Assembly (NCBI GenBank): GCA_040384285.1
Contig: JAZKJN010000004.1
Location: forward strand, 28,810 to 92,809
Source of the DNA: Patescibacteria group bacterium
GTDB lineage: Bacteria; Patescibacteriota; Minisyncoccia; Phycocordibacterales; PALSA-1337
DNA length: 64,000 nucleotides
Direction of reading: 5' to 3'
This document shows positions 1-9,341 of this stretch, piece by piece; the first letter of the stretch is position 1; every line of letters starts with the position of its first letter. The translations under genes were made by a program, and so were the position numbers. The notes beneath the pieces are model-generated. The model saw nothing but the letters and a program-made list of their open reading frames with translations. It had not been told where the DNA came from and searched no databases.

Positions 1-636
1 AATATTGATTTTGATATCTTCTGCCATCTTGTCTCCGATCGCGAGATTAAAAGTTTTTTTAATATAGTCGGCAATAGCGGTATCCATTTTGTTACCTGCA
101 CATTTTACGGAAGTAGAAGCAACAATACCTCCGAGCGAAATCACAGCCACATCTGTAGTTCCTCCACCGATATCGACAATCATATGTCCCTTCGCTTCAT
201 GAATGGGAATGCCAGCACCAATAGCGGCGAGGATGGGTTCCTTCACAACAAAAGCCGAGCGGGCACCTGCACGGAGCGCAGCTTCGATCACTGCGCGTCG
301 TTCAGTAGAAGTGATTCCCGCAGGAACAGAAACCATCACTTCGGGTTTAAAAATATGCCATGAGCCCAAAGCTTTGTTCATAAAATATCGAAGCATCGCC
401 TCGGTCACGCGATAGTCAGCGATCACACCGTCTTTCATCGGACGATACGCAATAATATTGTCAGGTGTTCGGCCGATCATATCTTTTGCATCATTCCCTA
501 CCGCCAAAACTTTGCGATCTTGCTCAGAGACAGCAACAACCGAAGGTTCGTTCAAAACAATTCCCTTGCCCGGCAAGAAAACTAGCGTATTCGCCGTTCC
601 AAGATCAATCCCAAGTTTTTGAGAAAAGAATTTCAT
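1..636 (-). CDS. mreB: rod shape-determining protein MreB (actin-like ATPase); gene start at 636, C-terminal part lies beyond window start
   Basis: Reverse translation from ATG (cat at 634-636) gives [20 protein letters not shown]...[15 protein letters not shown]...[16 protein letters not shown], the canonical MreB phosphate/adenosine motifs. Confidence 0.85.
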   Translation of the reverse strand, partial: MKFFSQKLGIDLGTANTLVFLPGKGIVLNEPSVVAVSEQDRKVLAVGNDAKDMIGRTPDNIIAYRPMKDGVIADYRVTEAMLRYFMNKALGSWHIFKPEVMVSVPAGITSTERRAVIEAALRAGARSAFVVKEPILAAIGAGIPIHEAKGHMIVDIGGGTTDVAVISLGGIVASTSVKCAGNKMDTAIADYIKKTFNLAIGDKMAEDIKINI

Positions 637-779
637 GGGGAGACTATATCATATTGACGAGGCTATTCAAAAGATTTTCGCATTTCCACCCTTGACATTT
701 CAATATTTTTAAGATATTTTTTAAGTGTTACCTTGATGGTAACTGCATATGGAAATCACTCCCGTGCACACTCCATGAA

Positions 780-1205
780 TTGGAGGAAACATTGAAAACT
801 AGTTCCAATACAAATAGTTACAGTAATTCAGAACTCGGCGCGATCAGGCTCATCACCAAAATACTCGCGGAACTCTACGAGAAAAAAGAACCGGTACTAA
901 AAAGCGTAAATCTGACTAAAAGAACTCTCACTTTCCTCGATTATCCAAAGATGCATGTGGTTGCGGTTGTGAAGTGTCCTGAACTGCGAGGAGATCGGCG
1001 ATTCAAAATATCCTTCGATATGGATCGGGACCAGTTCTTTGAATGGCATCTCACCGAAGGTGACGACGTCATTATTGAAGTCGGCAAATTGAAATCCGTT
1101 GCTTGCTATCGTGGCGGTGAATTCGAATATTACCAACACGATCCTCAATCAACGATACGCTTTGATCACCTGCAAGACGCCCTTGCGGCATGCTCAGAAC
1201 TGTAA
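780..1205 (+). CDS. hypothetical protein (141 aa)
   Basis: ORF with no recognisable motifs; sits between mreB and murA. Confidence 0.4.
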   Translation: MEETLKTSSNTNSYSNSELGAIRLITKILAELYEKKEPVLKSVNLTKRTLTFLDYPKMHVVAVVKCPELRGDRRFKISFDMDRDQFFEWHLTEGDDVIIEVGKLKSVACYRGGEFEYYQHDPQSTIRFDHLQDALAACSEL

Positions 1206-1252
1206 GCAGGTTTCAATCACACCCCGATCGAGAGATCGCGGTTTTTTTATTT

Positions 1253-2539
1253 CTATCCCTTTATCCTCTTTATATCCGCACCGAGCGCGGCAAGCTTTCC
1301 TTCAAGGTTTTCATATCCACGATCTATATAGTAGATGTTTTGTAGAGTCGATGTTCCTTCTGCTACAAGCGCTGCCATGACAGAAGCAAATCCTCCTCGG
1401 AGATCAAAAGATTCGAGGTCTTTTTGAGTAGCCTTGAGCTTTGCAGGTCCTTTGACCAAGATTTCTCGAGGATTCATCTCAGTAATATGTGCACCCATCT
1501 TCAAAAGATTTTGTACAAATTTAAATCGTCCTTCGTAGATAGTTTCGAAAACAATTGCCTCACCCTCTGCTTGAGTTAGAAATGTTACTGCCTGTGATTG
1601 CAGGTCTGTTGGAAAGCCGGGATACTCGTGAGTGCGGATAGCAAAGCTTCGGAAAGAGTCTGGAGACTTTACGGTGATGCTACCAGGTGCAGTTTCTATA
1701 TGCACACCAGAATTTTTGAGCATATGAATCAAAACTTCCAAGTGAAGAGGGTTGCAGTCCTTGATCGTGATCTTTTCTGCGAGGAGTGCACCGAGAAGCA
1801 AGAAGCTTCCTGCTTCGATACGATCTGGAGGAGTGATGTACACTTTTCCAGCTGATGAGAGCAATTTACCTGCACGTCCTTTGATGGTGATAGTCGGAGT
1901 TCCTGCACCCACGATTTCTGCCCCGCAAGAATTCAGATATTCTGCAACAGAAACAATCTCCGGTTCCATTGCACAGTTTTTTAAAACCGTTGTACCTTCT
2001 GCGAGCACTGCTGCCATCATGAGAGTCTCTGTTCCTCCCACTGTTTGAATATTGAAAAATATTTCTGCACCGGCAAGCTTTCCACTCATGACATATGCAT
2101 CTTTTTGGAAGTCGACATCGGCTCCCATTTTTTTGTAACCTTCAATGAAAAGATCGATGGGACGGGTTCCAATCACACATCCTCCAGGCGCAGGAAATGT
2201 TACGTTACGAAAACGTGAGAGCAATGGACCGGTGAGTACAACAGATGCGCGCATGCTTTCTGAAAGTTCAGGGTCAAGACATGTAGAAGAAATACCTCGA
2301 GGATCAATGGAAAGTTTTTTGCCATCATGCACAACCTTTGCACCAATCTTCTTGAGAATTGCTGAAAGCTTTTTTACATCTTCGGTATCAGGAACATTGT
2401 CGAGAGCGACAACATCATCAAAAAGAACTGTGGCAGCCATCGCCTTTAATACTGCGTTTTTTGCACCATTTATAAACACGTCTCCTTTGAGGGACTTCTT
2501 TCCCGCCAAGCCCTGTATTACAAAAGAATCTTTGGTCAT
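1253..2539 (-). CDS. murA: UDP-N-acetylglucosamine 1-carboxyvinyltransferase
   Basis: MTKDSFVIQGLAGKKSLKGDV...full-length EPSP-synthase-fold MurA. The track ORF extends to 2626, but the conserved N-terminus starts at internal Met (cat 2537-2539). Confidence 0.9.
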   Translation of the reverse strand: MTKDSFVIQGLAGKKSLKGDVFINGAKNAVLKAMAATVLFDDVVALDNVPDTEDVKKLSAILKKIGAKVVHDGKKLSIDPRGISSTCLDPELSESMRASVVLTGPLLSRFRNVTFPAPGGCVIGTRPIDLFIEGYKKMGADVDFQKDAYVMSGKLAGAEIFFNIQTVGGTETLMMAAVLAEGTTVLKNCAMEPEIVSVAEYLNSCGAEIVGAGTPTITIKGRAGKLLSSAGKVYITPPDRIEAGSFLLLGALLAEKITIKDCNPLHLEVLIHMLKNSGVHIETAPGSITVKSPDSFRSFAIRTHEYPGFPTDLQSQAVTFLTQAEGEAIVFETIYEGRFKFVQNLLKMGAHITEMNPREILVKGPAKLKATQKDLESFDLRGGFASVMAALVAEGTSTLQNIYYIDRGYENLEGKLAALGADIKRIKG

Positions 2540-2638
2540 AAGTGGAGTCCATTGTACGCGGATTGAGGGAGATTTACAAATGAATCGTGTGATATGAAAA
2601 ATTGGCAGGTTTTGAGCTTTTAGCATAGTATAGAAAGC

Positions 2639-4507
2639 ATGAACATCATCGAGACGATCCCGATTGCAAAAGGGCCAGGGCTCGACACTCTGTCGTATTT
2701 TACTGCGCTCTCTCCTACGCTCGGCTCCATCGTCTCTGTTCCTCTGCGAAAGAAAAATATTTCAGCCATCGTAGTTTCTCTCCGTCCAGCAGAAGATATC
2801 AAAAGTGAGATAAAAAACGCACCCTATGCGCTCAAGAAACTTGAGAAAATAAAGAGTACGCCATTTTTCTCTCCCCTCTTTATGACCGCCGTAGAAGAGC
2901 TCGCCACCTACTACGCCACCAGTCCAAGTGCAATTCTCCAAGCGATCGTCCCTGAATATATTTTAAAAAATATTGGCAAGCTCAAAAAAGTTCAACTTGA
3001 AACTGTTTCGAAAAATACTTTTGAAGTTTCAGTCAGCCAGGGAGACAATGAAGAGCGTCACGGAAGTTGGAAGAGTCTCATCCGACAAGAATTTGCTCAC
3101 AAAAAGTCGGTATTCTTTCTGGTGCCTACAATTGAAGATGCGAAGCATGTCTTCACTCTCATCGAAAAAGGTATCGAGGGGTATGCGTTTCTTCTTCACG
3201 GAGCACTCACCCAGAAAGAAATAATTTCAACATGGAACAAAGCTGTGACTGAGGAGCATCCCGTGGTCGTCGTGGCTACCGGAGGTTTCCTCTCTCTGCC
3301 TCGTAGTGACATCGAAACAATCATTGTAGAGAAAGAAAGCAGTAGAACGTACAAGATATCTCGCAGACCATTTCTTGATCTTCGTACTGTAGCAGAAGCT
3401 GTAGCCAGGGCACGGGGGATAAAAATATACTATGGAGACACCGTCCTTCGCACAGAGACTCTGGAACGAGAACATAGCGGGGAAGCATCGCAAGCGTCGC
3501 CCTTTAAATTCCGCTCACTCTCGACCGCACGCGACACACTGGTTGATATGAAAGAAGGACCATTTAAAATACTTTCTTTTGATGTTCAGAAATTGATCCA
3601 AGAAACGCGAGATGAGAGCAAACATATGATGATCCTTGCCACACGTCGTGGTCTCTCGCCTTCTACGATATGCGGTGACTGCCAAACCATGGTGGTCTGC
3701 AACAACTGCTCATCTCCAGTCGTCCTACACAAAAAAGGTGATAAAACTTTCTTCATGTGTCATCGCTGTGGAGAGCGACGATCGGCTGAGGAGTATTGTA
3801 AGCACTGCCAGAGTTGGAAGCTCATAACACTGGGTATTGGGATCGATATGGTGGAGGAAAAAATAAGGGAAATGTTTCCCAACATTCTTGTTTTTAAAAT
3901 TGATACTGATGCGACACCGACAGATAAATCAGCACATGCAGTGGTAGAGAAATTTCGCGCATCTCCTGGAAGCATCCTCATCGGAACTGAGATGATGCTC
4001 CACTATATGCATGAGAACGTAGAAAACTCTGCAATCATTTCTCTTGATTCCCTCTTTGCATTGCCCGACTTTCGAATACAAGAAAAAATACTTGGTCTTC
4101 TCGTCTCTGTGCGCACGCTCACACGTGAACACTTCATCGTACAAACACGAAAGAAAGATGAGAAGGTTTTTGAATATGGACTCAAGGGAAACATGAGTGA
4201 CTTTTTCCGGGAGGAAATCACGAGCAGAAAGAAATTTAAATATCCTCCGTTTACCACACTCATCAAACTCACACTTGAAGGCAAAAAAGAGAGAATCGTA
4301 AAAGAAATGGAGAAGGTGCATGAGCTTCTTGATCCCTATGAAGTCGAAGTGTTCCCTGCCTTTACCCAGACCGTTAAAGGTGAGCAAGTTCTCCACGGAC
4401 TTATCCGTCTTCCGAAGAGTGACTGGCCCAAACGAGACCTCGTAGAAAAGCTCCGCACACTCTCTCCTGAGGTGACAGTGAAGGTAGACCCGGAGACACT
4501 TTTGTAG
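2639..4507 (+). CDS. priA: primosomal protein N' (PriA) homolog with degenerate helicase motifs
   Basis: Conserved priA-def-fmt gene order. PriA-type 4-Cys zinc region CGDCQ..CNNC..CHRCGE..CKHCQ, plus IDTDAT and ILIGTEMM blocks. No GxxGxGKT Walker A; the DExH position reads EKES. Confidence 0.75.
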   Translation: MNIIETIPIAKGPGLDTLSYFTALSPTLGSIVSVPLRKKNISAIVVSLRPAEDIKSEIKNAPYALKKLEKIKSTPFFSPLFMTAVEELATYYATSPSAILQAIVPEYILKNIGKLKKVQLETVSKNTFEVSVSQGDNEERHGSWKSLIRQEFAHKKSVFFLVPTIEDAKHVFTLIEKGIEGYAFLLHGALTQKEIISTWNKAVTEEHPVVVVATGGFLSLPRSDIETIIVEKESSRTYKISRRPFLDLRTVAEAVARARGIKIYYGDTVLRTETLEREHSGEASQASPFKFRSLSTARDTLVDMKEGPFKILSFDVQKLIQETRDESKHMMILATRRGLSPSTICGDCQTMVVCNNCSSPVVLHKKGDKTFFMCHRCGERRSAEEYCKHCQSWKLITLGIGIDMVEEKIREMFPNILVFKIDTDATPTDKSAHAVVEKFRASPGSILIGTEMMLHYMHENVENSAIISLDSLFALPDFRIQEKILGLLVSVRTLTREHFIVQTRKKDEKVFEYGLKGNMSDFFREEITSRKKFKYPPFTTLIKLTLEGKKERIVKEMEKVHELLDPYEVEVFPAFTQTVKGEQVLHGLIRLPKSDWPKRDLVEKLRTLSPEVTVKVDPETLL

Positions 4508-4519
4508 TAAAGTCTGTGC

Positions 4520-5065
4520 ATGAAATCAATCGTCCAAAACGGTGATCCAGTGCTCCGAGAGATGGCTCAGACTGTCGCTCAAAAAGATATCACCTCACCT
4601 CGCATCCAAGAGATCATAAAGGATATGCAAGAAGCACTCGCAACTCAAGAAGATGGGGTGGCGATAGCTGCGCCACAGATCGGAGTACCTTTGCGCATCT
4701 TTGTTGTCTCTGATGCAGTACTAAAAGAGGCAGATGAGAATTACAAAAGTCTCGGCAAAGATCTTGTCTTCATAAATCCCGAGATCACCAAACTTTCTCG
4801 TGAGAAAAATCCTGCAGAAGAAGGGTGTCTTTCTGTGAGATGGAAGTATGGAAAAGTTTTACGCTCTGCAAAAGCCACCATCCGTGGATATGATGAAAAT
4901 GGAGAAAAAGTAGAACGTGGGGCAAGTGGACTCCTCGCTCAAATCTTTCAACACGAAACAGATCATCTCGACGGTGTTCTCTTTATCGACAAAGCATATG
5001 ATGTGCAAGATATTCCACCTGAGGAAGTCGAGGGTAGCAAACTCAAGAAAAAAAGTAATGAATAA
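4520..5065 (+). CDS. def: peptide deformylase
   Basis: Motifs GVAIAAPQIG, EGCLS and QHETDHLDG. Confidence 0.9.
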   Translation: MKSIVQNGDPVLREMAQTVAQKDITSPRIQEIIKDMQEALATQEDGVAIAAPQIGVPLRIFVVSDAVLKEADENYKSLGKDLVFINPEITKLSREKNPAEEGCLSVRWKYGKVLRSAKATIRGYDENGEKVERGASGLLAQIFQHETDHLDGVLFIDKAYDVQDIPPEEVEGSKLKKKSNE

Positions 5066-5897
5066 AAATATAAAAGTAGGATTTTTTGGTACACCAGAGT
5101 ACGCGGTAATTGTTTTAGAAAAGCTCAAGACAGCTGGCTTTGATGTTGCCTTTGTTTTGACCAATCCCGACCGACCTCAGGGAAGAAAGATGCTTGTCAC
5201 TCCTCCGCCGGCAAAGGTTTGGGCAGAGAGCAATGGTGTAGCAGTACTCCAACCAGAAACTTTGAAAAGTGCGGAGCTTGAAGAAACTTTGAAAGCTTTT
5301 GGATGCGATGTCTTTGTTGTCATGGCATACGGAAAAATCATCCCTGAATCTATTTTAAATATTCCAAAAGGTAAGACTTTAAATATCCACCCCTCTCTTC
5401 TACCAAAATTCCGTGGACCTTCCCCCATCGAGTCAGCCATCCTTGCCGATGAAAAAAATACTGGCGTGACCATCATGAGACTTGATCGGGAAATGGATCA
5501 CGGCCCCATCATTGCACAAAAAGAAGCAACCATAGAAACATGGCCACCGAAAGCTCATGAACTTGGCACACTCCTCGTAACAGAAGGTGCAGATCTTTTG
5601 ATCTCTATCTTGCCGGACTGGATGGATGGAAAAATACAGGAAAAAGAACAAGATCACTCACAGGCAACATTTTGTAAGATGATAAAAAAAGAAGATGGAC
5701 TCATCGATCTTTCCGATGATGCATACAAAAATTTCTTAAAGATACGAGCCTATGATGGATGGCCTTCGGCGTATTTTATGAAAGATGGAAAAAGAGTAAA
5801 AGTCGTCGAAGCTTCCCACACTGACGGTGTCCTTACTTTGCTTGAGGTTGTTCCAGAAGGTAGGAATAAGATGCTGTACCAAGATTTTCTGCGATAG
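5058..5897 (+). CDS. fmt: methionyl-tRNA formyltransferase
   Basis: MNKNIKVGFFGTPEYAV... formyltransferase N-domain followed by C-terminal Fmt domain. Start ATG 5058 overlaps the def stop. The track ORF start at 4917 lies inside def. Confidence 0.9.
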   Translation: MNKNIKVGFFGTPEYAVIVLEKLKTAGFDVAFVLTNPDRPQGRKMLVTPPPAKVWAESNGVAVLQPETLKSAELEETLKAFGCDVFVVMAYGKIIPESILNIPKGKTLNIHPSLLPKFRGPSPIESAILADEKNTGVTIMRLDREMDHGPIIAQKEATIETWPPKAHELGTLLVTEGADLLISILPDWMDGKIQEKEQDHSQATFCKMIKKEDGLIDLSDDAYKNFLKIRAYDGWPSAYFMKDGKRVKVVEASHTDGVLTLLEVVPEGRNKMLYQDFLR

Positions 5898-6027
5898 CTT
5901 CTGCTTTGTTGGTAAAGTAGTAGAGCGTCGTCCAAAACGCCATAAGAGAAATAAGTGCGAGGCAGAGATTCTGATTAACTTTTTGTCCGAGAAAATTCTT
6001 GAGCCTATATTTAAAAGCTGTATTCAT
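5833..6027 (-). CDS. possible small membrane protein (64 aa)
   Basis: One predicted TM (LCLALISLMAFWTTLYYF). Start is 2 nt downstream of the hpf stop with an AGGGAAA RBS. Overlaps the fmt 3' end on the other strand. Confidence 0.25.
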   Translation of the reverse strand: MNTAFKYRLKNFLGQKVNQNLCLALISLMAFWTTLYYFTNKAEAIAENLGTASYSYLLEQPQAK

Positions 6028-6028
6028 G

Positions 6029-6397
6029 TTATTTCCCTGGCCAGAAACCCTTGATAATATTTTTCATCTGGGCACCACCTCGTCGCATGAGTGAGCGCTT
6101 CCTCTCCTTACCTGACTTCACTTCTCGCAAGAGATCGTCACGTACTGCATCGATAGCTGCGTACATATCTTCTTTTTCTACACAGGCGTAGACGTTTGTA
6201 TCTTTTGCAACAATATGAACTTCAGCACGGAAAATATCTCCATGCTTGTGGTGTGTGGTTGTGCGTGCGAGTTCAATATCACACCGAGTAGTAGGATCGT
6301 TATCGAAGAAAGCTTTCACAGAAGCCATGCGCTTTTCTACGTAATCTGAAATCGCGGGAGTCAAAGGAAATGAAGTTGTTTTGATTTGGATGTTCAT
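6029..6397 (-). CDS. hpf: ribosome hibernation promoting factor / ribosome-associated inhibitor (S30EA family)
   Basis: MNIQIKTTSFPLTPAISDYVEKR...HIVAKD...AAIDAVRDDLLREVK, the RaiA/HPF fold signature. Confidence 0.85.
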   Translation of the reverse strand: MNIQIKTTSFPLTPAISDYVEKRMASVKAFFDNDPTTRCDIELARTTTHHKHGDIFRAEVHIVAKDTNVYACVEKEDMYAAIDAVRDDLLREVKSGKERKRSLMRRGGAQMKNIIKGFWPGK

Positions 6398-6458
6398 GTC
6401 TTTAGTATATCAAAATAAAAAGCGAATGGCATGTGCCATCCGCGACAGTGGAAAAGGT

Positions 6459-6671
6459 CTAATCAAAGATTCCGCGAGCACCCGGGATGGAGCGACGACG
6501 AGGTGTGGTGGTAGGTGGACCACCTACTCGCCTCATCTTTCTCCGAGGTTTCGGAATGAGAGTGGGTTTTCGGAAGGGCTTGGTTTTGCATGGGGCACAA
6601 TCGCACTCAGAGTGAGGCGGATTGTGACCCAAGCAATGGTGCTCTCCGATCTTACAAGAATGACACGTCAT
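6459..6671 (-). CDS. small Cys/His-rich, Pro/Arg-tailed protein (70 aa)
   Basis: MTCHSCKIGEHHCLGHNPPHSECDCAPCK... GAGGA RBS. Lies in the DUF167-x-hpf minus-strand operon. Confidence 0.3.
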   Translation of the reverse strand: MTCHSCKIGEHHCLGHNPPHSECDCAPCKTKPFRKPTLIPKPRRKMRRVGGPPTTTPRRRSIPGARGIFD

Positions 6672-6692
6672 ACTATCCTCATTAAACGCCTT

Positions 6693-6914
6693 TTATATAT
6701 TTCTGTCAATACTCACGATCTTCGAAGGAGAGTGATGACCGGAAATGATTTTTATCAGAGAGTCAGGAAACTCTCTGTGCATGAGTTCCAAGAGTCTCTT
6801 GTTTACCTTGTTGTTTTCTGCCTTTTCTCTGACGCAAACGGTGTAGTGATCCTCTCTGATTTTTTCCAGAGACTCCCTTTTTGATCCTGGAGAAATCTTC
6901 ACTTTTACATACAT
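6693..6914 (-). CDS. DUF167 (YggU-like) family protein
   Basis: 73 aa; VKVKISPGSKRESLEKI...RLLELMHREF...IKIISGHHSPSKIVSI matches the YggU/UPF0235 pattern. Confidence 0.6.
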   Translation of the reverse strand: MYVKVKISPGSKRESLEKIREDHYTVCVREKAENNKVNKRLLELMHREFPDSLIKIISGHHSPSKIVSIDRNI

Positions 6915-6934
6915 ATCTGATATTATAGCAAAAT

Positions 6935-7007
6935 TCCTCGGTAGCTCAGTTGGTAGAGCAATCCCCTGTTAAGGGATGGGTCCCAGGTTCGAGCCCTGGC
7001 CGAGGAG
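6935..7007 (+). tRNA. tRNA-Asn (anticodon GTT)
   Basis: Cloverleaf: acceptor TCCTCGG/CCGAGGA, D-arm GCTCAGTTGGTAGAGC, anticodon loop CTGTTAA, T-arm GGGTCCCAGGTTCGAGCCCTGG. Confidence 0.9.
6980..7007. repeat. 28-bp direct repeat copy 1 (3' end of tRNA-Asn; att-like core)
   Basis: tcccaggttcgagccctggccgaggagc is found again at 8230-8257. Confidence 0.85.
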
Positions 7008-7138
7008 CAAAGTTGACATTTATATAAATTTAATGCCAGTATAGTTTTAGATCGAGGTGTTCTCGATTCTATGGAGCATAACGCTCCCAAGTTGGCGGAA
7101 CGCCAGCTCATTGAAACCACGGAACGTGGAGGTAAGTT

Positions 7139-8149
7139 ATGAAAGTAAACTCAGAGAAAAATCGAAGTCTGATCAAACAATTCCCATTCATCGACAACAT
7201 TCTCAAGACTGAGATGGTGCCACTTGGAACAAACATCAGACTTCAAAAGGAGTCGACATCCGTCGACAATCTCACAATACGAGTCCAAAAAGCCGATGGG
7301 GATCTCCTTTTTCGGCAAGCTCAAAATAGCGGCCTCGGAGACCATTCCTTTATCATTACAACGGAAGAAAGTCGGAAGAGTCAGGTCATGCGAGTGGGTG
7401 AATATCTATTCGCGATCGATGACCACAACACGATCATCAACCGTCTTGAGTGGCTGTTCAATGAGAATCAAAGTGGAAAACGCTACCCTGTGTATGCCAA
7501 GAATGTCTTGTGGGCAACAAAAAACGCAGACGCCAGTTCCCTCTCAGATCCGATATGGGACAATGTTGCCTACTTGGTCTGGGCAACAGTTTCAACCTGG
7601 CACACAGATACAGGGGTTAACAATGAACCAGAAAGTCGCTTTGGTGAGTGCCTTGAGAGAAACATTGAGATCACCATCTACGGCAAACCGGACTGCGGGT
7701 TCAGAAAGCTCGACGAAAAATCGAGTATCTGGTCGAATCTCAGATTCAATTCCCGCGTCATGATGCGGGCTGTCATGGACAAGGATACTGACCTACTCCA
7801 GATGCTCGGCTGTCAATGGGAACTTTGCAAATTCTTCCAAGAAGAGGTCTGGGACAAAGGAATGAAACAAGCCTACGACCAATTCAAGACTCGAGGAGCA
7901 TCTGGACAGTTTGGATCGACCAACGTCCTCGTTGCCGATATGTGTGGCTATCATCGCGTGATGTTTCAAAACAATACATGCTGGATCAGCTTCCAGCTCC
8001 GACCAGGAGGAACCGACATGTATGTCCTCGGACAAGACGGGACCTTACCTCAGCTTCGACAGCTTGTCAGAAGCATGGTGCTCATGTGGATTCAGAGTCC
8101 TGAGTGCCGTGAGAATTTCAAGGCTGACGAAAAAGTTACTGTAATGTAA
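7139..8149 (+). CDS. hypothetical protein (336 aa), cargo of the tRNA-Asn islet
   Basis: Long ORF with no recognisable catalytic motifs; not a tyrosine or serine recombinase by motif. Confidence 0.5.
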   Translation: MKVNSEKNRSLIKQFPFIDNILKTEMVPLGTNIRLQKESTSVDNLTIRVQKADGDLLFRQAQNSGLGDHSFIITTEESRKSQVMRVGEYLFAIDDHNTIINRLEWLFNENQSGKRYPVYAKNVLWATKNADASSLSDPIWDNVAYLVWATVSTWHTDTGVNNEPESRFGECLERNIEITIYGKPDCGFRKLDEKSSIWSNLRFNSRVMMRAVMDKDTDLLQMLGCQWELCKFFQEEVWDKGMKQAYDQFKTRGASGQFGSTNVLVADMCGYHRVMFQNNTCWISFQLRPGGTDMYVLGQDGTLPQLRQLVRSMVLMWIQSPECRENFKADEKVTVM

Positions 8150-8166
8150 ACGATACCAATTGTTTA

Positions 8167-8216
8167 CCCGCCCGAACACAAGCATCCCGCTCAGTTCGCT
8201 GGCGGTTTTTTATTTC
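8167..8216 (+). terminator. rho-independent terminator, GGCGG-T6-ATTTC family (homolog of the 11053-11106 element)
   Basis: cccgcccgaacacaagcatcccgctcagttcgctggcggttttttatttc. Confidence 0.5.
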
Positions 8217-8229
8217 TAAATTTCTTAAA

Positions 8230-8257
8230 TCCCAGGTTCGAGCCCTGGCCGAGGAGC
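8230..8257. repeat. 28-bp direct repeat copy 2 (partial tRNA-Asn 3' end; attR-like)
   Basis: Identical 28-mer to 6980-7007. Confidence 0.85.
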
Positions 8258-8334
8258 CCCAGTGACGAATGAGCCATAACAGGCTCATTTTGTCTTTTAA
8301 TTCATCCTCTTTCTTATGGTATAGTAAAACTACA

Positions 8335-9147
8335 ATGGCATTCTGGAATAAACTCAACACAACTGGAAATGTGGAGGATCGCCGAGGAGTAGGTCCTGGG
8401 GTTATTGGTGGTGGTGTAGGAGTTGTAGGAATCATTATTGTGATTGCCTTAAATCTTTTAGGTGGTGGTGATGTGGGAGATGTTCTCAATCAGATAGAAA
8501 ATGTATCATCGCAACCCGCACAGTCGTACAACGCACAAGATTTTGAAGGAGCTGATGATTATGAAGTGTTTACTTCAAAAGTTTTGGGGTCTGCAAATGA
8601 CATGTGGTCAGAAATATTTGCAGCAAATAATCTCGCATACCAGGCACCCCAGCTCGTACTATTTCGCGGGGGAACAGAATCAGGCTGTGGTGGGGCTGAT
8701 GCTCGAATGGGACCTCACTACTGCCCTCTTGATGAGACCATATATCTCGACGAAACCTTTTTTGATGAATTAACAAAACGTTTTGGAGCAGAAGGTGGGG
8801 ACGTAGCAGAAGCATATGTCATAGCCCACGAAGTAGGACATCATGTACAACAAGAAATCAGTGGTATCTCTGAGACAAGATCAAATGAAGAATCAATACA
8901 ACTAGAATTGCAAGCTGATTGTTATGCTGGACTATGGGCATATTCGATAAAGGATCTGGGAGTTTTTGAAGAAAAAGAAATACATGAAGCAATCGATGCG
9001 GCAGCTGCAGTAGGAGATGATCGGATACAGTCAAAAATAGAAGGGAGAATTAGTCCTGAGTCATGGACTCATGGCTCTTCTGCACAAAGAATTGCCGCAT
9101 TTACAAAAGGATATGAAAGTGGAGATGTTCTGAGGTGTGAAATATAG
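8335..9147 (+). CDS. YpfJ-family putative neutral zinc metallopeptidase
   Basis: NVEDRRG N-terminal motif, TM segment, CGGADARMGPHYCP, HEVGHHVQ zinc site, LQADCYAG, and GDDRIQ...SWTHGSSAQR. The track ORF starts at 8269 but the family N-terminus begins at Met 8335. Confidence 0.7.
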   Translation: MAFWNKLNTTGNVEDRRGVGPGVIGGGVGVVGIIIVIALNLLGGGDVGDVLNQIENVSSQPAQSYNAQDFEGADDYEVFTSKVLGSANDMWSEIFAANNLAYQAPQLVLFRGGTESGCGGADARMGPHYCPLDETIYLDETFFDELTKRFGAEGGDVAEAYVIAHEVGHHVQQEISGISETRSNEESIQLELQADCYAGLWAYSIKDLGVFEEKEIHEAIDAAAAVGDDRIQSKIEGRISPESWTHGSSAQRIAAFTKGYESGDVLRCEI

Positions 9148-9341
9148 GACAGTCAAATTGGAATTTTACCCGAGCGGGCAATTTCGCTGGCTCGATGAAA
9201 CATTGATCGAGGTGGTCTCATCGCTGAAATCATCGAAGGTGGCGTCATCAAGATCGGTGATCCTAAATTATTGACTTCCAAGTTATATCGCGTAGGATTC
9301 AACCTAGACCCGTCACAAACAATGTATCCGGAAGGAAAAAA

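Larger units (their letters stand above)
7008..8229. mobile_element. candidate tRNA-Asn-integrated islet (~1.2 kb, no integrase) bracketed by the 28-bp direct repeat
   Basis: An intact tRNA on the left and a partial 3' tRNA repeat on the right is the classic attL/attR arrangement. A single 336-aa ORF lies inside. Confidence 0.45.

Noticed and set aside
6381-6884. 167-aa + ORF spanning hpf start to DUF167
   Set aside because: It is antisense across three minus-strand genes with coherent operon spacing.
6923-8489. ORFs 6923-7120(-) and 8136-8489(-) both containing the peptide ARARTWD
   Set aside because: They are translations through the two copies of the tRNA-Asn 3' repeat. The shared peptide is the repeat, not a protein.
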